NCBI GenBank assembly: GCA_913776255.1
Contig: CAJYLV010000052.1
Span: forward strand, 2,883-66,882
DNA length: 64,000 bases
Origin: an uncultured Sphingomonas sp.
Lineage (GTDB): Bacteria; Pseudomonadota; Alphaproteobacteria; Sphingomonadales; Sphingomonadaceae
Direction of reading: 5' to 3'
Part shown: one piece after another, positions 31,859 through 42,276 of the stretch
Layout of the letters: the number at the start of each line of letters is the position of its first letter
Position numbering within the stretch: the stretch's first letter is position 1
The notes under the pieces: model-generated
Databases searched by the model: none
Told to the model about the DNA's origin: nothing
What the model saw: the letters and a program-made list of their open reading frames with translations, nothing else
Translations under genes and position numbers: made by a program

Positions 31859-31874
31859 CGCGGTGATGGCCCAT

Positions 31875-32777
31875 TCAGGCCGCCGCCTTCAGCACCTCGC
31901 CAAGCAGGTGGAAGTCGCGCTCGCGCGGGGAGGCGCGGCGCCAGACCAGCGCCAATGTGCGGACCGGCGCGGCGGCATCGAGCGGGCGCGCGACGACCTT
32001 GGTATGATCGAGAATCCCGGCGTCCAGCGCGATCTTGGGCAGCATCGTGACGCCCAGCCCGTTGTCGACCATCTGCACCATCGTGTGCAGCGACGTGCCG
32101 AGCATCGTCGCCTCCGCACGCAACTCGGCGCGGTTGCATGCCGCCAGCGCATGCTCCTTGAGGCAATGGCCGTCCTCGAGCAGCAGTAGCCGCGTCTCGT
32201 CGATCTCGTCAGGGCGCACCGCCGACAGATCGCCCGGCATCTCGCCCTCCGGGAAGGCGAGGAACAGGTGGTCGTCGAACAGCTTGAGCACCGTCACCTC
32301 GCCACAGGCATAGGGCAGTGCGAGCAGCACGCAATCGGTGCGACCATTGTGGAGCGCCTCGCACGCCGGGCCGCTTGGCTCCTCGCGCAGATAGAGTTTG
32401 AGGTCGGGATAGTCGCGCCGCAGGCGGGGCAGGATGCGCGGGAGCAGGAAGGGTGCGATCGTCGGGATCACGCTCAGCCGCATCTCGCCGGACAAAGGTC
32501 GGCCGGCGGCACGCGCGAGGTCGCCCAGTTCCTCGGCCTCGCGCAGCACGACGCGCGCCTTGGTCGCGATCTGCTCGCCGAGCGGGGTGAAGCGGACCAC
32601 GCGGCGGGTGCGCTCGACCAGCGTGACGCCGATCAGCGTCTCCAGCTCGCGCAAGCCCGCCGACAGCGTCGACTGGGTGACGAAACAAGCCTCGGCGGCG
32701 CGGCCGAAATGGCCATGATCCTTGAGCGCGACGAGATATTGCAGCTGCTTGAGCGTCGGGAGGTAGGTGGCGGCCAT
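31875..32777 (-). CDS. oxyR: Hydrogen peroxide-inducible LysR regulator
   Basis: LysR HTH, LEDGHCLKEHALAAC Cys pair; divergent from ahpC. Confidence 0.93.
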   Translation of the reverse strand: MAATYLPTLKQLQYLVALKDHGHFGRAAEACFVTQSTLSAGLRELETLIGVTLVERTRRVVRFTPLGEQIATKARVVLREAEELGDLARAAGRPLSGEMRLSVIPTIAPFLLPRILPRLRRDYPDLKLYLREEPSGPACEALHNGRTDCVLLALPYACGEVTVLKLFDDHLFLAFPEGEMPGDLSAVRPDEIDETRLLLLEDGHCLKEHALAACNRAELRAEATMLGTSLHTMVQMVDNGLGVTMLPKIALDAGILDHTKVVARPLDAAAPVRTLALVWRRASPRERDFHLLGEVLKAAA

Positions 32778-32928
32778 TCATCGTCTCCGTCGATCACAAG
32801 AGGCGGAATAGACGATTTGCTCGATCACGCGAAGCCCCCTATATCGATGCGGCAACGAGAGGCGGCGCAGCGACGCGGCCCCGGCAGAGAGGATGGCTGG
32901 AACTCCGCATTCACAACAGGAGCCAGAC

Positions 32929-33474
32929 ATGCTGACCATCGGCGACACCTTCCCCGCCATCACCGTCCCCGTCCAGCAGGGCACCAGCGCGCTGCCGAAC
33001 GGTGAGACGCTCGACCTGACCACTGCCTATCCGGGCAAGTGGAAGGTGCTGTTCTACTGGCCGAAGGATTTCACCTTCGTCTGCCCGACCGAGATCGTCG
33101 GCTACAGCCAGATCAAGGGCGACTTCGAGGATCGCGACGCGGTGCTGATCGGCGCCTCGACCGACACCGCGCACGTCCATCTCGCGTGGCGCAAGTCGGA
33201 CCCGGATCTGGCGGCGGCCGACTTCCCGTGGCTGGCCGACAACGGCCGCACGCTGGCCGACGCGCTCGGCATCGTCGACAAGAACGAGCATGTCGCGTTC
33301 CGCGCCACGTTCATCGTCGATCCGGATAACGTCATCCAGGCGGTGCAGGTCAACGGCCTGAACGTCGGCCGCAACCCCGCCGAGACGCTGCGCGTGCTCG
33401 ACGCGCTGCAGACCGACGAGCTGTGCCCGTGCAACTGGAACAAGGGCGACGACGTCCTGCAGGTCGCGGCCTGA
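32929..33474 (+). CDS. ahpC: Peroxiredoxin AhpC
   Basis: WPKDFTFVCPTE, DALQTDELCPCNW. Confidence 0.95.
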   Translation: MLTIGDTFPAITVPVQQGTSALPNGETLDLTTAYPGKWKVLFYWPKDFTFVCPTEIVGYSQIKGDFEDRDAVLIGASTDTAHVHLAWRKSDPDLAAADFPWLADNGRTLADALGIVDKNEHVAFRATFIVDPDNVIQAVQVNGLNVGRNPAETLRVLDALQTDELCPCNWNKGDDVLQVAA

Positions 33475-33483
33475 TTTCGGGGG

Positions 33484-33508
33484 GGCGGGGCCGGTTGGTC
33501 CCGCCTTC
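33484..33508 (+). terminator. Hairpin or terminator after ahpC
   Basis: ggcggggcc-ggtt-ggtcccgcc followed by a pyrimidine tract. Confidence 0.55.
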
Positions 33509-33533
33509 TACTTCCTAGAATCTATCGCCCCTT

Positions 33534-33611
33534 CGTCATTGCGAGCGCAGCGAAGCAATCCAGAGCGTCACGCGCTGGGCTCTGGATTGCTTCGCTGCGC
33601 TCGCAATGACG
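33534..33611. repeat. CGTC-tagged palindromic repeat, class A
   Basis: cgtcattgcgagcgcagcgaagcaatccagag...ctctggattgcttcgctgcgctcgcaatgacg. Confidence 0.9.
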
Positions 33612-33633
33612 GGTCGTGGCTGGAGACACAAAC

Positions 33634-34152
33634 ATGGCGCTCAAGGAATTCGCGGGCACGTTGCCCGATTTCGCCAAGGACATCCGCCTCAACGTCGGCT
33701 CGCTGCTGAACGAGACGGTGCTCAACGACCAGCGCAAGTACGGCACGCTGCTCGCCTGCGCGCATGGTTCGGGCTACAAGCCGCTGGTCGAGGCGACCGA
33801 AGCGGAAGTTGCGGACAAGCTGTCGCCCGAGGCGGCGACCGCTGCGCGCGCCGCGGCGGCGGTGATGGCGATGAACAACGTCTATTATCGCTTCACGCAC
33901 CTCGCCAGCAACGAGGAATATAGCCGGATGCCGGCCAAGCTGCGCATGAACGTGATCGGCGCGCCGGGGATCGACAAGGTCGATTTCGAGCTGTTCAGCC
34001 TCGCGGTCAGCGCGATGAACGGCTGCGGCATGTGCATCGACAGCCACGAGCAGGTGCTCAAGAAGGCGGGCGTCACCGCCGAGGTGATCCAGACCGCCGC
34101 GCGCATCGCCTCGGTGATGAAGGCGGTGGCGACGGTTCACGCGGTCGCTTGA
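33634..34152 (+). CDS. ahpD: Alkyl hydroperoxide reductase AhpD
   Basis: LPDFAKDIRLN, MAMNNVYYR, SAMNGCGMCIDSH. Confidence 0.95.
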   Translation: MALKEFAGTLPDFAKDIRLNVGSLLNETVLNDQRKYGTLLACAHGSGYKPLVEATEAEVADKLSPEAATAARAAAAVMAMNNVYYRFTHLASNEEYSRMPAKLRMNVIGAPGIDKVDFELFSLAVSAMNGCGMCIDSHEQVLKKAGVTAEVIQTAARIASVMKAVATVHAVA

Positions 34153-34161
34153 CGCTGTGAT

Positions 34162-34189
34162 CGTCATCCCCGCCTGCGCGGGGATGACG
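34162..34189. repeat. Short CGTC palindrome
   Basis: cgtcatccccgcctgcgcggggatgacg. Confidence 0.8.
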
Positions 34190-34199
34190 GATGTGGCCG

Positions 34200-34970
34200 C
34201 TACAGCAATACCGCGCGAACGAAGCCGTAGGTGCTGGTGATCGTCAGCACCGTGCCGACCATCACCAGCATCACCTTCATCGGAATGCGCTTGGCGAAGA
34301 ATGCGCCGAGCGGCGCGGCGAACACCCCGCCGATCAGCAGCCCGACCGTCGCGGTCGCGAAATCCTTGACCCCGAGATGGTAGATGAAGGTCGCCGAGAC
34401 GACCGCGGTCAGGAAGAACTCGACCGCGCTGACCGTGCCGACCACCTTGCGCGGCTCCACCCCTTGCACCAGCAGGTTGGAGGTGACGATCGGTCCCCAG
34501 CCGCCGCCGCCCGCCGCGTCCATGAATCCGCCGAGCAATCCGAGCGGCTCGACCACCTTGGGCTTGCTGACCTTGGGCGGGAACATCAGCCCGCGCACCA
34601 GGAGATAGATGCCGATGATGACCAGATAGGCGAGCACGAACGGCTTCACGACCGCGCCGTCGATATTCGTCAGAACATAAGCACCGGCCACCCCGCCGAT
34701 CACGCCCGGGATCAGCAGCCGCAGGAACAGCCCCTTGTCGATGTTGCCGGTGATCGCGTGGCTGATCCCGGAGATCGCGGTGGTGAAGGTTTCGACGATA
34801 TGGACGTTGGCGGAGGCGCGCGCCGGCGGCAGCCCGATCACCGCAACGAGCAACGTATTGCAGATCACCCCGAACGCCATGCCGAGCGCGCCATCGACCA
34901 GCTGCGCGCCGAAACCGACGGCGATGAACGGCCACAATGCGGAAAAATCGAGTTGCGTCAGCGCCTGCAT
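34200..34970 (-). CDS. Sulfite exporter TauE/SafE family protein
   Basis: AQLVDGALGMAFG, DAAGGGGWGP. Confidence 0.9.
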   Translation of the reverse strand: MQALTQLDFSALWPFIAVGFGAQLVDGALGMAFGVICNTLLVAVIGLPPARASANVHIVETFTTAISGISHAITGNIDKGLFLRLLIPGVIGGVAGAYVLTNIDGAVVKPFVLAYLVIIGIYLLVRGLMFPPKVSKPKVVEPLGLLGGFMDAAGGGGWGPIVTSNLLVQGVEPRKVVGTVSAVEFFLTAVVSATFIYHLGVKDFATATVGLLIGGVFAAPLGAFFAKRIPMKVMLVMVGTVLTITSTYGFVRAVLL

Positions 34971-35125
34971 CCGGTCTCCCCTGCGCGACCGGAGCGGTCG
35001 CGCGGCTTCCTCATCGGTCATATCCGAGAAGCGCGGTAGGAAAATACGGTTTCTCGCCGGATAGCGCTGCTTATGGAAACGCGCGCGGCGACGCTCTATC
35101 TTGCGGTCGAAGAAAGGGGACGCGA

Positions 35126-35818
35126 ATGTCGCGACTGACCAAATATCTGGATTCGATCCGCGCGCGCGACCCGGCGCCGCATTCGCGTCTGGAGGTACTG
35201 ACCTACCCGGGCGTTTGGGCGCTGGCGTGGCATCGTGTCGCCAACCGGTTGTACCGCAGCGGCTTCTATCTCCCGGCGCGGATCGTGAACCATGTCTCGC
35301 GCGCGCTGACCGCGATCGACATCCATCCCGGTGCGACGATCGGGCGCAATTTCTTTATTGACCACGGCTTCGTGGTGATCGGCGAAACCGCCGAGATCGG
35401 CGACGACGTCACCATCTATCAATGCGTCACGCTGGGTGGCACCAGCCCCGACAATGGCGTCGCCGGCAAGCGCCATCCAACGATCGCCGATGGCGCGATC
35501 ATCGGTTCGGGCGCGCAGGTGCTGGGACCGATCACGGTCGGGCCGCGGGCACGCGTCGGGGCGAATGCGGTGGTGACGCGCGACGTGCCGGCGGGCGCGG
35601 TGATGGTCGGCATCCCGGCGCGCCCGACCGTCGTGGAGGGAGGCGCCGCCCCCGAGCCCCGCTTCGTTCCATACGGCACGCCCTGCCGCGAGCTGTTCGA
35701 TCCCGCGACGCAGAAGGTCGAATCGCTGCGCTGCGAACTGGAGGCGATGAAGAAGCGTCTCGATGCGCTGATCGAGGAGCAGGAACACGGCGCCGGGCAG
35801 GAGCGTGACCGCGCCTGA
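35126..35818 (+). CDS. cysE: Serine O-acetyltransferase
   Basis: RDPA, YPG, IDIHPGATIG..FFIDHG, VTLGGT...KRHP. Confidence 0.92.
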   Translation: MSRLTKYLDSIRARDPAPHSRLEVLTYPGVWALAWHRVANRLYRSGFYLPARIVNHVSRALTAIDIHPGATIGRNFFIDHGFVVIGETAEIGDDVTIYQCVTLGGTSPDNGVAGKRHPTIADGAIIGSGAQVLGPITVGPRARVGANAVVTRDVPAGAVMVGIPARPTVVEGGAAPEPRFVPYGTPCRELFDPATQKVESLRCELEAMKKRLDALIEEQEHGAGQERDRA

Positions 35819-36162
35819 TGGGGATCGTCACACCCTTTCCGGCCGGTGCCGGGCAGCCGCGGCAGGTGGCGTTCGACCGCGGCGAGCTGATGCGGATCCT
35901 CGATCTCTACGGGCGGATGGTCGCGGCCGGGCATTGGCGCGATTACGCACTCGATCTCGGGCGCGACGCGGCGATCTTCTCGGCCTTCCGCCGCGCCACC
36001 GAACGCCCGGAATTCCGCGTCGAGAAGCGGCCCGGGCTGCGCAACCGGCAGGGAATGTGGGCGCTGGTCGGCGAGGCGGGGCAGGTGATCCGGCGCGGAC
36101 ACGAACTGGGCCCGGTGCTGGCGCCGGTCGAGCGCCGGCTGATGAAGCTGGTCGAGGAGTGA
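35818..36162 (+). CDS. DUF2794 family protein
   Basis: FDRGELMRILDLYGRMVAAGHWRDYA motif. Confidence 0.88.
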   Translation: MGIVTPFPAGAGQPRQVAFDRGELMRILDLYGRMVAAGHWRDYALDLGRDAAIFSAFRRATERPEFRVEKRPGLRNRQGMWALVGEAGQVIRRGHELGPVLAPVERRLMKLVEE

Positions 36163-36183
36163 CGGTCGGACGCGTGCGGATCG

Positions 36184-37209
36184 TTACCCCGCTGCCTGTA
36201 TCGACGGCAACCGCTCGCCCCATGGCCCCAGCCGCGCGACGACCCGCGCGCGGATCGGCTGCCAGAATGCCGACAGCGACAGTAGCGCCGATCCGATCAC
36301 GAGCGAGGTGAACGCGAGCGACAGCTCGGTCGAGCCGGCGGTGCGGATCAGTACCGACATCGCGTAGAGTACGTAGACGAGGCTGGAGACCAGCAACGCC
36401 CGCCGGTCGACCACCAGCGCGACCAACGCGAACGCGACATAGAGCAGCAGCACCAGCAACGCCTTGCCCAGCCCCATGTCACCCTGGAACACGCCCATCA
36501 TCTGGAAGGTCGAATGCGCGATCATCGGAGCGGCGACCAGATGCAGCCAGAAGGCGACGTCGGCGCGCCGTGTCTGGCGGGCGCGATCGGACAGGTCCCA
36601 GCGCATCGCATAGGCGAACACGGCGATCCCGCCGACGAACAGCAGCGGCCACGCGAGCCGTAGCGATTCCGGCAGGATCGTCAGCAACAGGCTGACCACC
36701 ACCGCCACCGCCGCCGCCGCACCCGCCGCCGGGGTGATCGGCACCATGAAGCGCTTCCAGTGAACCCAAGCCGCGAAGGCGGCGAAGCCCGCCGCGACCG
36801 CGCTGATACCCGCGACGCGTTGCTCGTCCGCATCCACGAAGATCGACAGTCCGATCGACACGATCATCGCGGCGATCCCGCCGACGAACGCCAGCAACAG
36901 CACGATGCTCGGGAGCGCCATCCGGCGTCTGGTGGTAAAATAGGTCGCGAGCAACCAGGCGACGGCCGCGACTGCCCCCGCGCCGGCGCCCCCGGCGGCC
37001 TTGCCGCCGATGTTGGCGACCGCCATCAGCAGCAAGGCGATCGCAATCGTGACGAAGATGTCGTTGAAGCCGGTGAGGAAGCGGAAATGCTCTTCGTCGA
37101 CCGCCGGCGTCGCGCGAAGGGCGGCGACATGGTTGCGGAAATCGCTCGCAACCTGTTCGGGCATCACCCCGGCCGCGACCGCCTGGTCGATATCACTCTC
37201 GCTGTACAT
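36184..37209 (-). CDS. Conserved multi-pass membrane protein
   Basis: DEEHFRFLTGFNDIFV, RRRMALPS, DVAFWLHL and many TM helices. Confidence 0.8.
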   Translation of the reverse strand: MYSESDIDQAVAAGVMPEQVASDFRNHVAALRATPAVDEEHFRFLTGFNDIFVTIAIALLLMAVANIGGKAAGGAGAGAVAAVAWLLATYFTTRRRMALPSIVLLLAFVGGIAAMIVSIGLSIFVDADEQRVAGISAVAAGFAAFAAWVHWKRFMVPITPAAGAAAAVAVVVSLLLTILPESLRLAWPLLFVGGIAVFAYAMRWDLSDRARQTRRADVAFWLHLVAAPMIAHSTFQMMGVFQGDMGLGKALLVLLLYVAFALVALVVDRRALLVSSLVYVLYAMSVLIRTAGSTELSLAFTSLVIGSALLSLSAFWQPIRARVVARLGPWGERLPSIQAAG

Positions 37210-37256
37210 CGTCGCTCCCCGTTCGCTGCCGAGGGTATCGCGCGAACGGCGGCGGC

Positions 37257-38156
37257 TCAACCGCCGTGCAGGGTCCGCGCGATCGACACCGCCTGCTCGG
37301 CACCCGAACCGGGAACGATCTCGCCGCTACGGTCGGTGATCGCCGCCCAGTGGCGTGCGACGCCCTCCGGCGAGAGATCGTCGCCGTCGAGCGCGACGCC
37401 GGGCGTCAGGGTGATGTAGCTGGCTTGCACCACACCCGCGCCTGCGCCGACGATCTGCCCCGAGGGCGCGTCCGCGCTGACCAGATACAAGGCCGCGGGC
37501 GCGACCTTCTCGGGGGCGAAGGCTGTGAAGGCCGCGTCCGGGAACAGCCCTTCGGTCATGCGGGTGCCGGCGGTGGGCGCGATCGTGTTGACGCGGATGT
37601 CGTGCTTGGCGCCCTCCAGATGGAGCGTCCGCGCGAGCCCGGCGATGCCGAGCTTGGCGGCGCCATAATTGGCCTGCCCGAAATTGCCGAACAGCCCGGA
37701 GGACGAGGAGGTCATCAGCACGCGACCGTAATTCTGCGCGCGGAACGAGTCCCAGCATGCCTTGGTCGCATAGGCGCTGCCGAGCAGATGCACCTGCACG
37801 ACGAACGCGAAATCGGCCGGGTCCATCTTGGCGAACGACTTGTCGCGCAGCACCCCGGCATTGTTGATGAGGATGTGGACGCCGCCCCATGCCTCGGTGG
37901 CGCGCGCGACCATCTCGACCATCTGGTCGTAATCGGCGACGCTGGCGCCGTTCGCCATCGCGGTGCCGCCCGCCGCCCTGATCTCTTCCACCACCGCCAG
38001 CGCGGCGTCGGAGGCGCCGGTGCCGCTGCGGTCACCGCCGAGATCGTTGACCACGACCCGCGCGCCGCGTCGGGCGAGTTCGAGCGCATAGTGCCGGCCG
38101 AGGCCGCCGCCCGCCCCGGTGACGACGGCGACGCGATCATCGAAACGGATCGACAT
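37257..38156 (-). CDS. SDR, (3R)-hydroxyacyl-CoA dehydrogenase-like
   Basis: TGAGGGLG, VVVNDLGG, NNAGVLRD, GNFGQANYGAAK. Confidence 0.9.
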   Translation of the reverse strand: MSIRFDDRVAVVTGAGGGLGRHYALELARRGARVVVNDLGGDRSGTGASDAALAVVEEIRAAGGTAMANGASVADYDQMVEMVARATEAWGGVHILINNAGVLRDKSFAKMDPADFAFVVQVHLLGSAYATKACWDSFRAQNYGRVLMTSSSSGLFGNFGQANYGAAKLGIAGLARTLHLEGAKHDIRVNTIAPTAGTRMTEGLFPDAAFTAFAPEKVAPAALYLVSADAPSGQIVGAGAGVVQASYITLTPGVALDGDDLSPEGVARHWAAITDRSGEIVPGSGAEQAVSIARTLHGG

Positions 38157-38242
38157 GGAAAAGGCGCTCCCTCCTGAACGGATGAAGCGCCTTCCATACC
38201 TGGTCTTCAAACGGGCGCAATGCCCGTCCGATGGTCACATGC

Positions 38243-38743
38243 TCAGCGGCGGCGGCGCGGCGTCTTGCGCGCGTCGCTGGCCTGCATGCAGCCGTCATAC
38301 TGACCCTTCTTGCAGATCGGGTAGCTTTCCTTGGCGGCGGGCGCCGGGAAGGCCTGCGACGGCGAGGGGGCCGGCTGGAAACGGACGGTCGCGCCCGGCT
38401 GCGGCGTGCCCGACACCGCCGGCTGCGACGGCTGATAGCCGCCCGCGCTTTCAGTGCCCATGCTGCCACCCGACTGCGGGGTCATCGCGCCACCGGCCGG
38501 CGGGGTCATCGGTGCATTGGCCTCCGGGGCGGGCGTGGCCGGGTCGGCCTGCGTGGTCGGTGCCGGCATCGTGCTGTCGGTCTGCGGCGCGGCAGCCGGA
38601 TCGGCGGCCATGCCCGGATCGGCCGTGGTGGCCGGCGCGGCGCCGGTGTCGGGCGCGGCCGTCGTGGTCTGCGGAGTGTCCTGCGCGATCGCGGTCGCGG
38701 GGATGGCGATCACGGCCGCTGCCGCGAGAAGAATGGCCTTCAT
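38243..38743 (-). CDS. Secreted low-complexity Pro/Ala/Thr-rich protein with a C-terminal two-Cys motif
   Basis: Signal peptide MKAILLAAAAVIAIPATAIA, disordered body, YPICKKGQYDGC. Confidence 0.8.
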   Translation of the reverse strand: MKAILLAAAAVIAIPATAIAQDTPQTTTAAPDTGAAPATTADPGMAADPAAAPQTDSTMPAPTTQADPATPAPEANAPMTPPAGGAMTPQSGGSMGTESAGGYQPSQPAVSGTPQPGATVRFQPAPSPSQAFPAPAAKESYPICKKGQYDGCMQASDARKTPRRRR

Positions 38744-38853
38744 CTTATCTTTCTCCTGCCGTGTGCGTTCGGTCAGAAACGCGTTGTTTATCACGCGGTC
38801 CGGCCAACGCCTCACGACAGGGAAAAGGTCCATCGTTGCGAGGGCGCAAAGAC

Positions 38854-39546
38854 TCAGTGGCCGGTGTCGAGCGCGTAACCCGCTGATCTTACGGTACGAA
38901 TGATGTCAGGGCGTCCGCCTTCGTTGATCGCCTTGCGCAAGCGGCGGATGTGGACGTCGACGGTGCGGCTTTCGATGTCGCTGTCATGCCCCCAAACACT
39001 ATCGAGCAGGCGTTCGCGCGAGAAGACGTGGCCGGGATGTTCGAGGAAGTGCTTGAGCAGCCGGAATTCGGTCGGCCCGAGCGCCACCACGTCGCCGCCG
39101 CGGCGGACCTTGTGGCCGACCGTGTCCATCTCAAGATCGGCATAGGTGAGCTGCTCGCCGGCCAGCGCCGGGCGCACGCGGCGCAGCACCGCACCGACGC
39201 GCGCGACAAGCTCGCGCGGCGAGAACGGCTTGGTGACATAATCGTCAGCGCCGGTTTCCAGCCCGCGGACGCGATCCTCCTCCTCGCCGCGCGCGGTGAG
39301 CATGATGATCGGGACGTTCTGCGTCTCGGCGGCGCGGCGCAGGCGCCGGCAAACCTCGATGCCGGAGATGCCCTCGACCATCCAGTCGAGCAGGACGATG
39401 TCGGGCGGCGTCTCCTTGGCGAGCAACAACGCTTCCTCGCCGTCGATCGTGTGCTGGACGTCGAAATGCTCGCGGGTGAAATGCCACACCAGCAGCTCGG
39501 CGAGGCTGGCGTCATCCTCCACCAGCAACATGCGGGCCTTGGCCAT
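38854..39546 (-). CDS. phoB: Phosphate regulon response regulator
   Basis: LLDWM receiver, GLETGADDY, LGPTEFRLL, RTVDVHIRRLRK. Confidence 0.95.
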   Translation of the reverse strand: MAKARMLLVEDDASLAELLVWHFTREHFDVQHTIDGEEALLLAKETPPDIVLLDWMVEGISGIEVCRRLRRAAETQNVPIIMLTARGEEEDRVRGLETGADDYVTKPFSPRELVARVGAVLRRVRPALAGEQLTYADLEMDTVGHKVRRGGDVVALGPTEFRLLKHFLEHPGHVFSRERLLDSVWGHDSDIESRTVDVHIRRLRKAINEGGRPDIIRTVRSAGYALDTGH

Positions 39547-40232
39547 CAATCGACTCCTCTTTCGCGTTCCACGAGCCGCACCCCGGTTGCGGCGAAATAG
39601 ACCATCTCGGCGACGTTGGTGGCGTGGTCGCCGATCCGTTCGAGATTCTTGGCGACGAACAGCAATTGCGCGCACTCGCTGATCGTCTTCGGGTTCTCGA
39701 CCATGAAGGTGACCAAGGTGCGGAAGATGCTGTCGTAGAAATCGTCGAGCGCATTGTCGCGCTCGCACACCGCCAGCGCCGCCTCCGGGTCGCGCGCCGC
39801 AAAGGCGTTGAGCACGTCATGCACCATCGCCGCCGCCATCCGCCCCATCGCGGGCAGGATCGACAGCGGCTCGATGCGATGCTCGCTCGCGATCCGGGGT
39901 ACGCGGCGCGCGATGTTCTTGGCATAGTCGGCGATCCGCTCGATCACGCTGGCGATCTTGAGCGCCGCGACCACCTCGCGCAGGTCGTCCGCCATCGGCG
40001 CGCGCAGCGCAATGATGCGCACCGCGGTGCGTTCGACCTCCGTTTCCATCGCGTCGATGCGCTTGTCGTCGGTGGCGATCCGCTCGGCGAGCGTGGCGTC
40101 GCCGCGCTGCAACGCGATCATCGCGTCGGCGATCGCGCTTTCGGCCAGCCCGCCCATCTGCGAGATCAGCCCGCGCAGCTGGCCAATGTCCTGATCGAAG
40201 GCCTTGACGGTATGTTCCTGTGTCTGCGGCAT
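39546..40232 (-). CDS. phoU: Phosphate signalling protein PhoU
   Basis: PMADDLR...ERIADYAKNIA, NLERIGDHATNVAE. Confidence 0.95.
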   Translation of the reverse strand: MPQTQEHTVKAFDQDIGQLRGLISQMGGLAESAIADAMIALQRGDATLAERIATDDKRIDAMETEVERTAVRIIALRAPMADDLREVVAALKIASVIERIADYAKNIARRVPRIASEHRIEPLSILPAMGRMAAAMVHDVLNAFAARDPEAALAVCERDNALDDFYDSIFRTLVTFMVENPKTISECAQLLFVAKNLERIGDHATNVAEMVYFAATGVRLVERERGVD

Positions 40233-40243
40233 GTCTGCGATCC

Positions 40244-41011
40244 TCAGCCGTACCGGCCCGTGATATAGTCCTTGGTGCGATCCTGCCGCGGGTTCGTGAA
40301 GATGTCCGACGTGTCGCCATATTCGACCAGTTGGCCGAGGTGGAAGAAGGCGGTGCGCTGGCTGACGCGCGCCGCCTGCTGCATGTTGTGGGTGACGATC
40401 ACGATCGCGTAGCGGCCGCGCAGTTCGTGGATCAGCTCCTCGATCTTGGCGGTGGCGATCGGGTCGAGCGCCGAGCACGGCTCGTCCATCAGGATCACCT
40501 CGGGATCGACCGCGATCGCGCGCGCGATGCACAGCCGCTGCTGCTGACCGCCCGACAACGCGGTGCCGCTGTCGGAGAGCCGGTCCTTGACCTCGGCCCA
40601 AAGCCCGGCGCGGGTCAGCGAACGTTCGACGATCTGCGCCAGATCGGCCTTGGAACGTGCGAGCCCGTGGATGCGCGGGCCATAGGCGACGTTCTCGAAG
40701 ATCGACTTGGGGAACGGGTTGGGCTTCTGGAAGACCATGCCGACGCGCGCGCGCAGCTGCACCACGTCCATCGCCCTAGCATAGATGTCCTCGCCGTCGA
40801 GCCTTATGTCGCCCTCGACCCGCGCGCCGGGGATCGTGTCGTTCATGCGGTTGAGCGTGCGCAGGAAGGTCGATTTGCCGCAGCCCGACGGGCCGATGAA
40901 CGCGGTGACGTCCTCGCGGCGCACGTCTATCGAGACGTCGCGGATCGCCTGCTTGCGCCCGTAGAAGACGTTGACGCCCGAGGCGGTCATTTTGGGCGCG
41001 GCGTTGCTCAT
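40244..41011 (-). CDS. pstB: Phosphate ABC transporter ATPase
   Basis: [41 protein letters not shown]. Confidence 0.96.
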   Translation of the reverse strand: MSNAAPKMTASGVNVFYGRKQAIRDVSIDVRREDVTAFIGPSGCGKSTFLRTLNRMNDTIPGARVEGDIRLDGEDIYARAMDVVQLRARVGMVFQKPNPFPKSIFENVAYGPRIHGLARSKADLAQIVERSLTRAGLWAEVKDRLSDSGTALSGGQQQRLCIARAIAVDPEVILMDEPCSALDPIATAKIEELIHELRGRYAIVIVTHNMQQAARVSQRTAFFHLGQLVEYGDTSDIFTNPRQDRTKDYITGRYG

Positions 41012-42276
41012 TTCCAACGGGTCTCGAAACGGTTGCGGAGATAGATGGCGAGGCCGTTCATGGTGAGCAACACCACCAGCAGGACGATGATCGCCGCCGA
41101 GGTCTTCTCGACGAACCCGGTCTGGACATCGTCCGACCACAGGAAGATCTGCACCGGCAGCACGGTGGCCGGATCGGTCAGCCGGCCCGGCGGCGCGGCG
41201 ATGAAGGCGCGCATTCCGATCATCAGCAGCGGTGCGGTCTCGCCGAGCGCGCGCGCCATGCCGATGATCGTTCCGGTCAGGATGCCGGGCAGCGCGAGCG
41301 GCAGCACATGGTGGAAGACGACCTGGATCGGCGAGGCGCCGAGCGCGCGCGCGGCGTCGCGGATCGACGGCGGCACCGCGGTGATCGCGTTGCGCCCGGC
41401 GATCACGATCACCGGCATCGTCATCAGCGCGAGCGTCAGCCCGCCGACGATCGCGCCCGAGCGCGGCATGTGGAAAGTGCCGAGGAACACGGCGAGCCCA
41501 AGCAGGCCGAAGATGATCGACGGCACCGCGGCGAGGTTGTTGATCGACACCTCGATCAGGTCGGTCCAGCGGTTCCGCGGCGCATATTCCTCGAGGTAGA
41601 GCGCCGAGAGCACGCCGATCGGGAAGGCGAGCGCGAGCGTGACGATCATCGTCAGCAGCGACCCCTTGAGCGCGCCCCAGATTCCGGCGCGGGTCGGATC
41701 GGTGGCGTCGGCACCGGTGAAGAAGCTGACGTTCACGCCGCGCGACAGATGCGCACCGAGCGCAGCCACGGCGGCCTCGCTCTCGCGCGTGCCGCTGCTC
41801 TTGTACGCCATGTCGATATCGGTCGCGACCGGCACGTCGAGCGTGACCGGCGTCGCGAGCAGCTGCGGGTCGTGCTTGATCGCGTCGCGAACGCGGAGCC
41901 ACGCACCGTCCGACAGCAGCGCCGCGCCACCCTGTGCGCCATAGGCGGTGTCCGCCGCGGCATCGACCGCGCTCTCGAGCCCGGCGCCGGCCAGCGCGAG
42001 GTCGGCGGTCGGCCCGCGCAGTTGCGCTGGCGTGACCGCGACTCGACTGCGCAGGTCTAGCGGCAGCGCGAGCCGAGTCTCGGTGAACCCGCCCGCGCCC
42101 TGCACGAGCATCGTCGCGAGCAGGTAGACCAGGAACGCCGCCGAGGCGAAGACCGCCGCCACGCCCAGGCGGCGGAAGCGGCGCTCCGCGGCGTAGCGAC
42201 GGCGCACGCGCCGCTGCATCGCGGGGGTTTGCCAGTCGGTCGGCTGGCGCTCGGCGGGGGCGACGCGCTTATTCAT
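41008..42276 (-). CDS. pstA: Phosphate ABC transporter permease
   Basis: [28 protein letters not shown]. Confidence 0.95.
   Translation of the reverse strand: MNKRVAPAERQPTDWQTPAMQRRVRRRYAAERRFRRLGVAAVFASAAFLVYLLATMLVQGAGGFTETRLALPLDLRSRVAVTPAQLRGPTADLALAGAGLESAVDAAADTAYGAQGGAALLSDGAWLRVRDAIKHDPQLLATPVTLDVPVATDIDMAYKSSGTRESEAAVAALGAHLSRGVNVSFFTGADATDPTRAGIWGALKGSLLTMIVTLALAFPIGVLSALYLEEYAPRNRWTDLIEVSINNLAAVPSIIFGLLGLAVFLGTFHMPRSGAIVGGLTLALMTMPVIVIAGRNAITAVPPSIRDAARALGASPIQVVFHHVLPLALPGILTGTIIGMARALGETAPLLMIGMRAFIAAPPGRLTDPATVLPVQIFLWSDDVQTGFVEKTSAAIIVLLVVLLTMNGLAIYLRNRFETRWK

Noticed and set aside
32778-32928. OxyR binding site between oxyR and ahpC
   Set aside because: Expected, but I could not match a convincing ATAG-N7-CTAT pattern
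14946-33611. Repeats as a CRISPR array or tRNA/ncRNA genes
   Set aside because: Dispersed single palindromes with no repeat-spacer periodicity, no cas genes and no cloverleaf motifs
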